From contig SMSO01000032.1 of assembly GCA_004764695.1 (NCBI GenBank), positions 4,682,483-4,746,482 on the forward strand: a stretch of DNA of 64,000 nucleotides, given 5' to 3'. The translations under genes and the position numbers were made by a program. The stretch is from Schizochytrium sp. TIO01. Taxonomy: Eukaryota > Protista > Bigyra: Labyrinthulomycetes. Positions 1 to 11,356 of the stretch are shown in pieces. Within the stretch, counting starts at the first letter, position 1; every line of letters starts with the position of its first letter. The notes beneath the pieces were generated by a model. The model was given only the letters and a program-made list of their open reading frames with translations, was not told the DNA's origin and did no database searches.

Positions 1-2688
1 GACTTTGAGCCTGACCTTCTCAGCACCTGTGACGAATTGCTCATGGAAATTATGGATGACCAGTCTAGCCCACCATTTTGTGTTCCTGTGGACCCTAAAA
101 TTCATGATGCCCCGAATTATTTTGAAATCATCAAGAGGCCTATGGATCTGGACACCATCCGTAAGCGAATGCACAATGGCCACTACGACCCAGAGAACGC
201 GCCTGAAGGCAATCGTTATCAGGAGGTTGTTGATTGGCGTCGTGGTACCACTTCAACTGATGACGATGAAGAGGATGGTGCTAGCCAACGCATAGGTGCT
301 GCTACACCCGCTCCTGAAGAGGATGTTGACCCTGAAGACGTAGAAGTGGATGTTGATGGAGAAGACGACAAGCCCATTGTTGAAGATCTGACTACCATGG
401 ACGCTCGTCTCTACGAATTCGACTGTCTTGGCGGTGGCCACGAAGGTGTTGCCGCAGATGTACGTCAGGTTTTTCGTAACTGCCGACGCTTCAATAAATC
501 GCACACAAAACTGTACAACGACGCACGTAAACTTGATGGTATGTTTGCAAGGGTATACGAAGACCGTGTGATTCGCCGTGATCCTAAGTACCGCCCTCCA
601 CCTATTGTTGTGCTACCACCTGCAGACGCTGATGGTGCAAACGGAGATGGGAACGCAGAAGTCACCTCTCCTATGGCGGCTCTCAAGCTGCGTCGAGGTA
701 ATAAGTTTGTTGATGTCGACAAGGCCGAAAACACCAAAGAATACGCAGGTCCTTTCCAAAAGGGTATTCCTATCCTTCAGGAGGCTCTCCTCTCTTTGAA
801 TCAGTATGGAGACTACAGTCTTCTTTCCGTTGATGAAAAGTTGCGAATTGCAACTGCTCTGACCGATATGGCGATGGACACAAGGGCTATGCGGAGCTCA
901 ATCCAGCTTCGCATCGAAGAGTTGCACCGTCTTAGCCGCGAACAGCAGCAGGTACAGCGTGATGTACAGCGCGCTGAAAAGGACTTGACAGATGCTTCTG
1001 ACCAGACGCATTCTCGTAAGGAGGAGCTTGAGGCTACTCGTATTGAGCTCGAGCGCCAAATTAGGGAACGTGCCATTCGCCTCGAGCCCGTGGGATTTGA
1101 TCGCCATTTTAACCGATACTGGGCCTTTGATGCCTTAGCTTTACCTGTTGTCTTTGTAGAAATTGCACGTACTGGTGCCTGGGGTGTGCTTTGGTCTGCT
1201 GATGAGGTGAAACAGCTGCTGGCATCTCTGGATATTCGTGGTGCGCGAGAAAATGCTCTGCACCGTGCACTTTCTGATCTCTGGGCCTCATACCTGCGCG
1301 ACCAAGCAGAGGCGCAGCAGGAATACTCTGAAGGCCGTATTTCCGAGTACATTAAGGGTAAAGTAGAGTCTAATGATGGCGTCTCGCGCGTAGTGAAGCT
1401 TGCTCAAATTCAGCTTGAAGAGGCTGAAAAGCGACTGGAGGAGGCTGCTGAGGCGGCTAAAATTTGGCGCAAGGTCGAGACTGAAGATGGGCGAGCATAC
1501 TATTACCATGTGGATACTCGTGAGACTACTTGGGATGTCCCGGAACTTCATAAAGCAGAAGACGAAGAAAAACTGAAGGTCGAAGAATGCCGTGCCAACG
1601 TCGAAAAAGCAAAGGAGGATCCTGAAGAGGCTTTGGAGGCCCTGACTCAAGATCTGATGAATGACAACCTGCTCATCCATGCATTGGCTACAGATGCTCC
1701 TGAAATTGGTGGTGGCGTGGCTCTTACAGCAGATGACCTTCATCAGGAAGAAGTTACCTTTCTCAACAAGGCCCGTGTTAATGGATTTATTCAGCGTGTT
1801 CTTCATCTTGTTGCTGGACTCCTAGCTCTGGAGTCCCTGACGGTCGGCCATGGCGCAAACCCCAATCTCTCTTGCAGAAAGGACGAATGGCTGGGCCGAG
1901 ATCAACAGACTATTTGGTTCAACAAGACCAAAGATATCATCAAAATCTTGGAAGGCATCGAGAATGACCCCAACCCCGCTTGGGTGCAAATTCGCAGTAT
2001 CCTGGTCGATGTTTTACATACGTTTTTTGATTTATTTGTTGGTAGCCCATACTCAGTTACACACGACAAGGCACAACGTGCGGTTATCATGGCCTCTCGT
2101 CATGAATATCGCTATCATCGTGCTTTAAGAGAGGCGCAGAATCTTGCTGACTTTGGTTTGTTATTCGGACAGCTGCAGAATATTCTTCATATGAAGAGAA
2201 CGGTTCCGTTCTTACAAGCAAAGGAACAGTATTATAATGTGTTGCTCAAGGACGTTACCGCGACCCGTGAGCCAGAAACAAAGTTGGAAAAGTCAATGAG
2301 TTCTACACATGATGAAACTGCGGCTACTACGGTCAAGTCTGAAGGTGAAGGAGATACTCCGTTGCCTTCTGCTTCTGTTAAGCAGGAGGAGATGAAAGAT
2401 GAAGAGGAAGAGGAAGATGTCGAAACTGAGATTAAAATGGACGTTGATGTGTCCGAAACTACTGCCGATGCTACTGCTACTGCTGTTGGCGATGTTGATG
2501 CGCCACAGAACGATGATGAGGATTCGTCTTCACACGAAGGGGATCAAGAGGAGAAACTGGAAGAAACAACAGAAGATGCGATCACTGCTACGGCTGCAGA
2601 TGATGTTCCTGAGGCAGCATCCCAGCAGGAGGGAGAAGATGGAGAAGAACAAGCCGAGGCGATGGAGGTTGATCACTCTTCGCCTTAG
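1..2688 (+). CDS. Bromodomain + WHIM/WSD + WW domain chromatin protein (BAZ/WAL-like ISWI accessory subunit), 5'-partial
   Basis: Frame 1 is open from base 1. Motifs: bromodomain PFCVPVDP..APNYFEIIKRPMDL...DVRQVFRNCRRFN; WHIM1 YSLLSVDEKLRIATAL; WSD PVGFDRHFNRYW...WG...QLLASLDIRGARENALHRAL; WW WRKVETEDGRAYYYHVDTRETTWDVP; acidic C-terminal tail. Confidence 0.85.
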   Translation, partial: DFEPDLLSTCDELLMEIMDDQSSPPFCVPVDPKIHDAPNYFEIIKRPMDLDTIRKRMHNGHYDPENAPEGNRYQEVVDWRRGTTSTDDDEEDGASQRIGAATPAPEEDVDPEDVEVDVDGEDDKPIVEDLTTMDARLYEFDCLGGGHEGVAADVRQVFRNCRRFNKSHTKLYNDARKLDGMFARVYEDRVIRRDPKYRPPPIVVLPPADADGANGDGNAEVTSPMAALKLRRGNKFVDVDKAENTKEYAGPFQKGIPILQEALLSLNQYGDYSLLSVDEKLRIATALTDMAMDTRAMRSSIQLRIEELHRLSREQQQVQRDVQRAEKDLTDASDQTHSRKEELEATRIELERQIRERAIRLEPVGFDRHFNRYWAFDALALPVVFVEIARTGAWGVLWSADEVKQLLASLDIRGARENALHRALSDLWASYLRDQAEAQQEYSEGRISEYIKGKVESNDGVSRVVKLAQIQLEEAEKRLEEAAEAAKIWRKVETEDGRAYYYHVDTRETTWDVPELHKAEDEEKLKVEECRANVEKAKEDPEEALEALTQDLMNDNLLIHALATDAPEIGGGVALTADDLHQEEVTFLNKARVNGFIQRVLHLVAGLLALESLTVGHGANPNLSCRKDEWLGRDQQTIWFNKTKDIIKILEGIENDPNPAWVQIRSILVDVLHTFFDLFVGSPYSVTHDKAQRAVIMASRHEYRYHRALREAQNLADFGLLFGQLQNILHMKRTVPFLQAKEQYYNVLLKDVTATREPETKLEKSMSSTHDETAATTVKSEGEGDTPLPSASVKQEEMKDEEEEEDVETEIKMDVDVSETTADATATAVGDVDAPQNDDEDSSSHEGDQEEKLEETTEDAITATAADDVPEAASQQEGEDGEEQAEAMEVDHSSP

Positions 2689-3400
2689 TCTTCAATGTAC
2701 AACCTGGTTTTTTCATCTGTTTGTGTTGCTTTGTTTCTTAGTTGTAAGAAATTCCATTCTCGAAAGGTATCTGAAAAGAAAACAAGAACGCTGCACTCGC
2801 GATGTACACGCACACGTTTGGGTGGTTCCCTAGACAGAGTTATATTTAGCCTATTGCGTTTACCCCTCATCTATCTCTGCCCGTATAATCTAAATACACT
2901 CTATACGCTCTTCTTCTAAACCCTAGAGAAATGTCATATTCATTTTTTTCTTTTACTTTAAAAAAACGTTGTGCGGTAAATTTGGAAAATAGTTTTTTTG
3001 TTGTTCTTTTAACGACAAGTAGAACCAAGAAATCGAAAAGTGATTGGAGCATTTTGACAGGAGATTGCATTTTGGTCATCTCCAGATGTATACGTACGAA
3101 ACAAAGCATGATCGGGCTAGCTTTCCATCTACCCATTCACTTGCATAGCTTGCCTATTTGGTGCGGAGTCGGATAGCTATGGGGTCTTACTTTGAGCTTT
3201 AGCGATGTTTGGCTGTTTGAAGGTGGTTGGTTGATAGTCTGGTTTTCTTTCTTTGATTATCAAATTAGCAGAGATGGGAGAAAGGAAGAAAAGGATTGAG
3301 GGCATCCGGAAGGTTTAAAACATGATACAAAGTCGAACTTTCCGAAACGACGTCAGCTCTCCGTTGGTCGGTAGGTATCTGTGGTGTTTGGCAGATTGGC

Positions 3401-4130
3401 TTAAGCCCAGAACAGGTGGGGGAATCGGTTGTGGGCCAACATCAGCATCTTGTTGTAGTTATCCAGGTCGAAGTTATCGCTGTAAGCGAAGTGAGCCTCC
3501 TCAAGAAGATTGCCCTCGCCGCTAACGGTGCCCATGATCTCGTAAACCTGCTGAGCAGAGAGCGGATCCTCGGGGTCCTGCATTTGTACAGGGACTTGCT
3601 TGCCATCAGCAGCCATCAGCATGTACATGCCGGGGCCAGCCTGGTTACCCGGCATGACCTTGCCGACAAGAACCACCTTTTGGTCCTGGTACTGTGCCAT
3701 CATTGATGCGTTTACACGCGGGTACCGAAGCACTGAGCGAGCGGCGTCCTGCCAACAAATCGGTTTAATCGCGTGTAATCGAAGAGAGTTAATTTATGAT
3801 AATTCAAACCAAGTGAAAGTGAAGAACCGAAAGCAAACAAGCAAATAAGCAAAAGGTTTCCAGGAAGCGAGGCAAAACCAGAGTGTCAGTTCGAGATGTT
3901 CATCATTTGCCGAGTTCACAAGAGCTCAAGAGGAAACTTTAACCAAGCCAAAAGTAGAGGGCGGCCGTTCGGATCAGAGATGATGTGATGGTTACTGCAA
4001 CTCAGGTAACTCATCCATCCATCCACCCTCAGCGCCTCGATCTACCCTTTTAAAAAGGAGGATAGATCGAATATTTAATACAAGATACCAAGCGTTCAAG
4101 CACGAAGGACAATGTACGTACCGAGTCCAT
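3401..4130 (-). CDS. RPA3: Replication protein A 14 kDa subunit; coding exons 4122-4130 and 3401-3748
   Basis: ATG GAC TCG|GTACGT donor and GGCAG|GAC acceptor give MDSDAARSVLRYPRVNASMMAQYQDQKVVLVGKV...YEIMGTV...NFDLDNYNKML...FPHLF, a typical RPA14 OB-fold pattern. Confidence 0.85.
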
Positions 4131-5303
4131 GGTTGCGACGGAAGAAGAGAGAGCGTTGAGTTCGAAGTTAGCGACGAAGTTTTCTTCGTTGATTGTGTTC
4201 CGTGTTTGCTGTTAGCAAAAGCCAGGAAAGTAAAAACGAGGATATCCTTGGCTAACTACTGTAGCTGCCAAGAGTCATAAAAGCTTAATAAGCGAGCTTT
4301 CCAAGATCAACTCAGAGTGCGCACAGCTCAACATCAGAATGCCAGCAACAGCAAAGGATGGTAGCTACTTGAGAGCAAATAAACTCAGAAACGCACCTAG
4401 GTCGATGAATCAAAGAAACCAGTGAGATCGGCAAATGTAGTTATAGAAACTTTAGGTGCACAATAGTACAAGTATTTGACCTCGAAGGTGATATCATACC
4501 TACAGGTTTTTTAGATACGCTTAGCTACAAATGGAGAATAGAGCGACGCTAAACTAGTTAGAAATTAAGTTAAACACTGCTTTAAAGAAGCATCATTAAT
4601 GGCTCTTGCTTTATTTGCATTGCCAATGCAAATCATCACAGAAAATCGCATCAAAACAAGCTATAAATTCCAAAGGCTCTTTATTAGAGTTGGTCTCTCC
4701 ATGAGCGTATGGTTGCAGAGCTGGTAGTAAGCGCTGCACCTTCGAATCAAATCAGTAAACGAAAGAGAAGATTGAATTGGGACCTTCAATATGCCCGTTT
4801 AATACGCTAGCTAGAATTAAAACGTTTTATCGTCCGAGCCTCTACTTGAAGAGCCTAGTCCTACTACTCTTCATATATATAGGGGTAGATAGTTAAAAAT
4901 TGTGGCGTTCTTTTCTTCTCCGTTTCACATTCTTTACTCAATTCCACACTCAATTCTGTTGGTATCCCGCTCGCCATTCCGCTTTGGCGAAAGGACGCTT
5001 CATTGCAGACATGAAGAGCTTTTGTATTGCGCGATTTTGGGGGGGGGAGGCACTGTGAATCTTCGTTGTTCCCAGAATGTGAGATTGCTCAAGGATCAGA
5101 ACAAACTGATTCGTAACCTCACAACAAGGTCGGCAGATCCCAAAGGTCTTTCCACGCGAAGACCCGCAACCTCCAAACAGCGGTCGTCAGCATCTGCTCA
5201 GCACACTCTCCAGGCCTGCTCGAACGCGAAGCACTTTTTTTCAATTAAATCAGGAAGAGGACTGTGCTCGAGCTTGAGTCGTGGTTCCGTGGACTCAGGA
5301 ATC

Positions 5304-6179
5304 ATGACGCAGCTTTCGACCCAGGAGTACGAGGCTCTCAAGAAGGACGTAGAAGCCTTCGTGAAGGAGGAAATGGCAGGAAACGATGGGTCGCACGGTA
5401 TGTAATCAGCATTGTATGCCCCAGAAAGCTGTAGAGATTGGTTGTGAGACTGGTTAATGCGGCGGCTCATGTTCCACTGATTTGGTTGGATCCTGTTTTG
5501 GGATAGTCCAAAACGGCAATAAGCTTGAGCTGCAAGACTTGTATTCGAACTAACCGTGTGTTTGCATTTTGTGGATGTATATTTTGTAAATGCTGGGACT
5601 ACAGACTTTGAGCATGTGGATCGTGTTCGTAGAGTGGCCCTTGACCTTGCGAAGCGCGAGAATGTTGAGGATGTTCAACTCGTCGAGATGATTGCTCTTT
5701 TGCACGACGTCAAAGACCATAAATACGCAGCAGAAGGTGACGATGCAGGCACGACAATTCGTAAACTTCTCGATGGAAAGATGGAGCCTGAGCGTATCGA
5801 ACGAATTGTCTTTGCTGTTGAAAACGTCTCATACTCCAAGCAGATGAAGCGCAAAGAGCCTTTGGAACTCACTCCTGAGCTCGCGATTGTCCAAGATGCA
5901 GATCGCTTGGATGCTATTGGTGCTATTGGCATTGCTCGTTGCTTCGCTTTTGGTGGCTCGCGCCTTCGGCCGTTGTATTCGACTGTGGACGATGGCAAAT
6001 TGAAGGTTGATGGGAAGGATGATGTCTCTAGCTTTGGACACTTTTTTGAGAAGCTCATTCATATCCAGAACGCTCTCAATACTGAAGCAGGTAAAGCAGA
6101 AGGCAAGTCTCGTCAAGCATTTTTGAACTCGTTTGTGGAACAATTTATTATAGAGACAAAGTTGGAAAAGAGCACTTAA
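5304..6179 (+). CDS. HD-domain metal-dependent phosphohydrolase (YedJ/YpgQ-like); exons 5304-5397 and 5605-6179
   Basis: Splicing G|GTATGT...ACAG|AC rebuilds DGSHDFEHVDRV. Also ALLHDVKDHKY, IVQDADRLDAIGAIGIARCF and HFFEKL motifs. Confidence 0.9.
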
Positions 6180-6656
6180 ACTAATCAACAAAGTTTCGTC
6201 AAGTTAGGATTCCTTTCTATTGCATGTGAATGAATGGGGTGAATCCCAGTTAGCCAAGTGAAACAGTAGATAAAACTTTCATAGAATAGGAAAATATAGC
6301 TGTTGATGTACTGCTAAAATGGCAAGCTCCAGGATTTATATGTTTTTGTATGCAGCCTTACCGTTTTGAGAACACGGACTTGTTTGTTTAAATGCTTCAA
6401 AAGCCAGGGCTTTGCATACACACGCATAGAAGTATCTATGCCCGAGCGTATTGTTCGTGGTAAAACAGGAATTGAAATGGCCTATAAGACAAGACCATAT
6501 AGAATTGAAATGATCAAAAAGGAGACAACTCGCGACCCTCTTCCTCCTCATTAGCCTGAAATTATAAAAGAAATGGAAGATATGACAGAAGACGAACGAT
6601 GAAAAAGAGAGACTGCCGCAATAGTTGTGGGGTGAGAGTAGGAGCCTGAGGAGTGA

Positions 6657-7865
6657 TTAAAGTTTGGCATAGATAGGATACTTGTCCGAGATATCCTCAA
6701 ACTTGCCTTTGAGCGGGTCCTTGGATTCATGCTTAGTGTACTTGAAGATGCGCGGAATTGCGTTTTCTGATGCAAGAAGTGATGTAGGATCATGCTTCAA
6801 GTCAAGCTCCATTTCTTTCTGGTACAGCTGCGGATCAAGGTCCAAAATGTGTGCCAAAAGAGCGCGAACCACAAAGCCGTGGACGATCACGACAACATTT
6901 TGACCTTGCTCGAGTTGGCCTCGGATGTGCTTCTCGAAAAAGGCAACCGTACGGTCGTAAACTTCCGCCTGCGATTCACCCCCTGGAAACGGGATAGACC
7001 AAGTGCGGCGAAAGTCCTTCAAGTCTTGCTTACTATATTCCTTTTCTTGCTGGGTTTGAAACATACCTTGGAGGTAGCCAAAGCTTCGTTCATTCAAGAG
7101 ATGTGAGCAGTACACAGGTAAGACTGTCTGATGCGAAGACTGTTGCATTTGCCGTTTGTGAGCACGAAAGCCGCGCTCCTTTGTATTCGAAGGGTCGGTG
7201 TCTCGAACCAGGAGTGGGGCTTTGCCGTCTTCGTGGGTAGCCAGCGCAATAAGAGCTGTTGTTTGGGCACGCACGAGCATAGAACAGTACACAATATCAA
7301 TTGGGAGTTCCCGAAGGTTCGCACCTGCCGCCATAGCTTGCTCAATACCTTGCTTCGAGAGTGGTACATCCTACGCAAGTGCATTGCCATATTTTATCAT
7401 CGAATCCAAGAAATCGCATATTATCATATCATCATATACTGTCAGTACCTCTTCTCGCGAAGACTTTTTGTAATCCTAGACTTACGACAGCGCCTGCGTA
7501 CTTCCACGGGTCCTCTGGTTTTTCAGGGTCCCGATTCCACATGGACTGACCATGGCGCATAAGAACTGTTTGATAAATCACAATCACAATCACAATCACA
7601 ATTTTATTTTGTTCAAGTAACGAACCGGCGACGTCAGTGAAAAAATTTCGAGTTCCCCGTTCCCAAGCAAGCTTTGTTCAGAAGCATCCTGAGAGCCTTG
7701 GGCATCTCGCCGTATGCCTTCTTCTAGACCTCCGCATCTCTCTCGATCATCACCGTGGCTCCTTCGCTAGCGTAGACGCCGCGTTTCCCCAAGTTCTCTC
7801 CGCGGAGGCTGGCGCCGCGACAGGCCATTTGTCCTGCTTCCGTAGGACTTGAACTTACCCAGCAT
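6657..7865 (-). CDS. Cofactor-dependent phosphoglycerate mutase / histidine phosphatase (GpmA-like); exons 7859-7865, 7486-7565, 6657-7370
   Basis: Two GTAAGT..AG introns join MLVLMRHGQSMWN...YAGAVDVPLSKQGIEQA...SMLVRAQTT...LNERSFGYLQG...PGGES...VHG. All exon phases are consistent. Confidence 0.85.
7578..7602 (+). repeat. (TCACAA)n hexanucleotide tandem repeat inside PGAM intron 1
   Basis: tcacaatcacaatcacaatcacaat. Confidence 0.8.
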
Positions 7866-9249
7866 TCTTCCTTGCGCGAGAACGGCTGCAAAGGGCTCTG
7901 GAAGCCTCCTGGCGAAGTGAAGGTGGTCTGCAGCTGCTACGGAGAGACACCAGATCTTCTTCGCGCTCCTCAGGAGGTCTGCGAGCTCGTTTTCAGGTCT
8001 ACTAATCGATGGAGTGATTGAGTGATTGACTCTCTTCTTCTTCAATCATATCCTTTTCTTGTGTTTATCTATCTATCTAACTTTGTTTATCATCGCAATT
8101 TCCTCTTTTTCTCACAATTTTTTTCTCCTCGGTATGTATAACCTACCTACTCGTCAATGGGTGTGGAAATGAAAGCTGACGATGCCACCTTTTCAGCTGC
8201 GTCTCGCTGTGTAGGATCAGCAGTCAAAGCGGTCCTTCAGAGGGCTCCTGAGGAGCTATAACTCCAATTGATGGTGCAGACATAGCTTGCTTTTCTTGGT
8301 TTACCTCGATTTTTATTGTTTTTTATTTTAATCTTTAAAAAAAAAAATAGTTAATAACAATCTAGCAAGAGCCTTTAATGAGGTAAGAACTTAATTTTTC
8401 ATCATAACATAAGTGCGGAACTCGAGAAGCAACCCTCGTTCGAGTCACCTGGAGCCGAAAAGACCTCGGCTCTGGAGGCCTCTGAATGCTTGGGGCAAGC
8501 GAGCCCCGCTTGCTAGTTAGCGGCGTGGGGTGCTGCTTTGACAAATAACCCTCGTTAATCAAAAAGCCTTGTCCTGGACTTCATTCATTTCTTTTGGAGA
8601 AAGAAAGAAAGAAATAATAGGCTCCTAGTAGGTAGGTAGGTACCTACTACGATGCAAAGCAGGCGATTCATTGACTTTGGGAAAAACAGAAAAAAGGGCG
8701 GCAGCTTTACATATATGTATCGTGTAGTCATGCGGGTTGCACGAGTTATGCATATCAAAGCAGGTCGTTTAGGAGGTTGTAGCTGCCTAAGGTTCTCTCT
8801 TCAGCGCCACCCTTCTAATTATAAGAGTTCTTTGTAGGGTGGCAGGTCGAATCACTATTCGTCTCAAAGGTAAAAAGCAAGCGCCAAGACCCAGGAGTTA
8901 ATATTATGTTCGTTGATGATGCAAAAGGCGTCGAAATTCGAGCGCTAAACTCCGGGGCAAAGCCCGCATTTCTTACCCAAGAGTCTTCCAGCTTACCAGG
9001 ATGGTTCCGGGCAATGCTCTAAACAGGTTGTTCCCTGGTGTCGTAGATTTCCACGCTAAAACGTCTGCATCAGTAGCCCGGAAATCAATGGTTAAGTTCA
9101 TCATTTTGTATTACTCTATTCCCCATGTTAGTCTGAATGAAAATTTGCAAATTTGGAAACCACAATCAATGATGAACGAAAAACAGAATTGGAATCCGCA
9201 GCACATCAGACTTTAGAGGCGCGGAGGAAGCCGCCCATTTGCAAATAGG

Positions 9250-11085
9250 ATGGCGAGTGAGACTGCACGTTGGGACGATGAAAGCTCGCGGCTGCTGCAG
9301 GTGGGCGCATATGCAGCGGAGCGCCTCGATGCGTTAGAAGCCCTTGAAAAGCGATTGGGTGGCCACAGCGGCAGCGCCCAGGCCAAGCGCGCCGCGGAGG
9401 CCAAGAGTGCCCTTATTTGGCGCACAGACCAGCGTGAAGGCGATAAGGTCGACAATGGCCTGCTTCAAGAGGTCGAAGAAGAACCCCTCTGGCAGAAACC
9501 TCTGGCGAGGCACATGCAAAGACGCACAAGAAGTCATATGGCTCGCAAAATGCCTGTGAAATTACGCCTTGCAAAAGCTGCAGATAAGCGCTTGGAAGAA
9601 GGACTTGCAAAGCGTAAAGGGAAGAGGGCTCGCAAAAGCGTGCTCATTGAGAAGAATCAGAAAAGGTGGACTGTTTCACACTTGTGGTCTGTGAAAAGGA
9701 TGCAAATGGGATTGGTTCCTGGAATCGAGGAAATAAAGATTGCGCTCAGATCTCAGGACAGAGGCTTAAGATTCACTCTCAATGCAAGCAAACATGGGTG
9801 TACTGTGTTTGACTACTCATACGCTATATGGCTGGAGGTTCCCTGGGAAATGGCGAAATCGTGGGTTCCTTCCGAAGCAGCACCAACAGAAATCCATGAA
9901 ATCGATTTACTTCGGGTGCCTGCAAAAGCCGAAGCTGATGCGCTTTCTGAGGTTCCATGTGGGCCTGCCCGTATGATTCCAGCAAACCTTGAGAAGAAAA
10001 CTGTGCTTCTATTTCTTTGCAGACATATGAAGCCCTCATTAGAGAAGACTATACTATGGGGCCATCCCAAGGTGGTGGATCGGTCTCTTGACTTGACGCT
10101 ATTCCGCTTGCGTGGCGACCGGACCCACGAAGTTCTTGGGTCAGCTTTGGGCAAGTCTGTAGTCATTGATCAATATACGAGAGCAAGTTGGAATACTCTA
10201 ATGAGCACCCAGCGTTCGATATTTGCACCGCGTTGCCTTCCGGATGGGCTCATTATGCAAGTTTCTGTGGAGAATGCAAAAGTCTCTCACATTCAAATTG
10301 GGCACGATCCCGAGGTAGAGCGTAAAACCTCTGTCACAGATCCAGCTCGGGCCGTCGTTGACTTGAGCCAATCTCTTAAACAATGCAGAAAGAGCATTCA
10401 ACCTTCGAATGATAGTCAAACAACACTTTTAACGCTCGTTCGGCACCGGAATGGCTGGGATCTCATTATCCCCCGCCGTGACGAAATTGCAAGGAATTTA
10501 TGGGTTCTGCTTATACACAGCGAGGGATCCCCTGTTGGTATTGAGGATGAGAGAGCAGCAGAAGTTGCTAGCGGCCGACGACTTTTCCCCGATGATTATC
10601 CAGGCACAGAAGCCTTTGACAGATATTGGGCAGCCTGCCAAGCACTTCACATTGAAGAAAATGAGAAAAGACCTAAAGGTAAGCGGAAGCCCTCGCCACA
10701 CTTTCCTCAGGAATATGTGTGGATTGGGGAGGAGTCTTTGCATTGCGATATTAAGATTTTATCACATCAACCGAAAGGTTGTCGCGCATGGGTCGATGTT
10801 GGCGCAGAACTCGTAGAAGTTCTTCCAGATGAGGAGAATGATTTGTTCAAGCAACGAAAACATGCTGATCAGACACGAGAGCGGAAGATTATTGGTATTG
10901 TCACGAGCGCACTAGGCCGGGCTCGAATTCGCCCTAGCTCAAGAGCAACATCTTACGAAGTTTCCGCGAAGGGGTTTTTGGACCCCTCCATGCTGAAGTC
11001 GCTTGTTGTCGGGAAGCAGCTCCATGCCCTTGTTCGCAATCCGGGCACCTTTGCACTTACACTTGCTGTTATCACGAGGGCTTAG
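9250..11085 (+). CDS. POP1: RNase P/MRP protein subunit POP1
   Basis: LARHMQRRTRSH and SHLWSVKRMQM (POP1 N-domain R/W boxes), FDYSY, GWDLIIP...FPDDYPGT (POPLD), IIGIVTS and ALVRNP near the C-terminus. Confidence 0.85.
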   Translation: MASETARWDDESSRLLQVGAYAAERLDALEALEKRLGGHSGSAQAKRAAEAKSALIWRTDQREGDKVDNGLLQEVEEEPLWQKPLARHMQRRTRSHMARKMPVKLRLAKAADKRLEEGLAKRKGKRARKSVLIEKNQKRWTVSHLWSVKRMQMGLVPGIEEIKIALRSQDRGLRFTLNASKHGCTVFDYSYAIWLEVPWEMAKSWVPSEAAPTEIHEIDLLRVPAKAEADALSEVPCGPARMIPANLEKKTVLLFLCRHMKPSLEKTILWGHPKVVDRSLDLTLFRLRGDRTHEVLGSALGKSVVIDQYTRASWNTLMSTQRSIFAPRCLPDGLIMQVSVENAKVSHIQIGHDPEVERKTSVTDPARAVVDLSQSLKQCRKSIQPSNDSQTTLLTLVRHRNGWDLIIPRRDEIARNLWVLLIHSEGSPVGIEDERAAEVASGRRLFPDDYPGTEAFDRYWAACQALHIEENEKRPKGKRKPSPHFPQEYVWIGEESLHCDIKILSHQPKGCRAWVDVGAELVEVLPDEENDLFKQRKHADQTRERKIIGIVTSALGRARIRPSSRATSYEVSAKGFLDPSMLKSLVVGKQLHALVRNPGTFALTLAVITRA

Positions 11086-11356
11086 TATCTAGCTTTCTTA
11101 CCATATATATGTATTTTATTAGGGGGTATTCCCACTTTAGAGTGAAGTGCGCCCTGTCCGTATTGTTCTTGTCCTCTTCAAACAAAAAAAAATCGTTATG
11201 CAATAGCCTGGTTTTATACCGTATAGCTAGTTTTGTTTTATTTCTTTAAAGTTTGTTTGCAATTCCCATGCGTAAAGGAGTACTTGGCTACATCTCTGTG
11301 TATGGCATGGAAGACATTTTTTTATTTTAACACATAACTTCGTAAAAAATTAAATT

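Noticed and set aside
3965-4030. Possible intronic C/D snoRNA in the RPA3 intron (GGATGA...CTGA on the minus strand)
   Set aside because: Box C is imperfect, the span is only about 45 nt, and no guide was recognised.
4902-5303. Upstream extension of the HD-hydrolase first-exon ORF
   Set aside because: Starts at a non-ATG codon and is not protein-like. ATG 5304 matches the expected family N-terminus.
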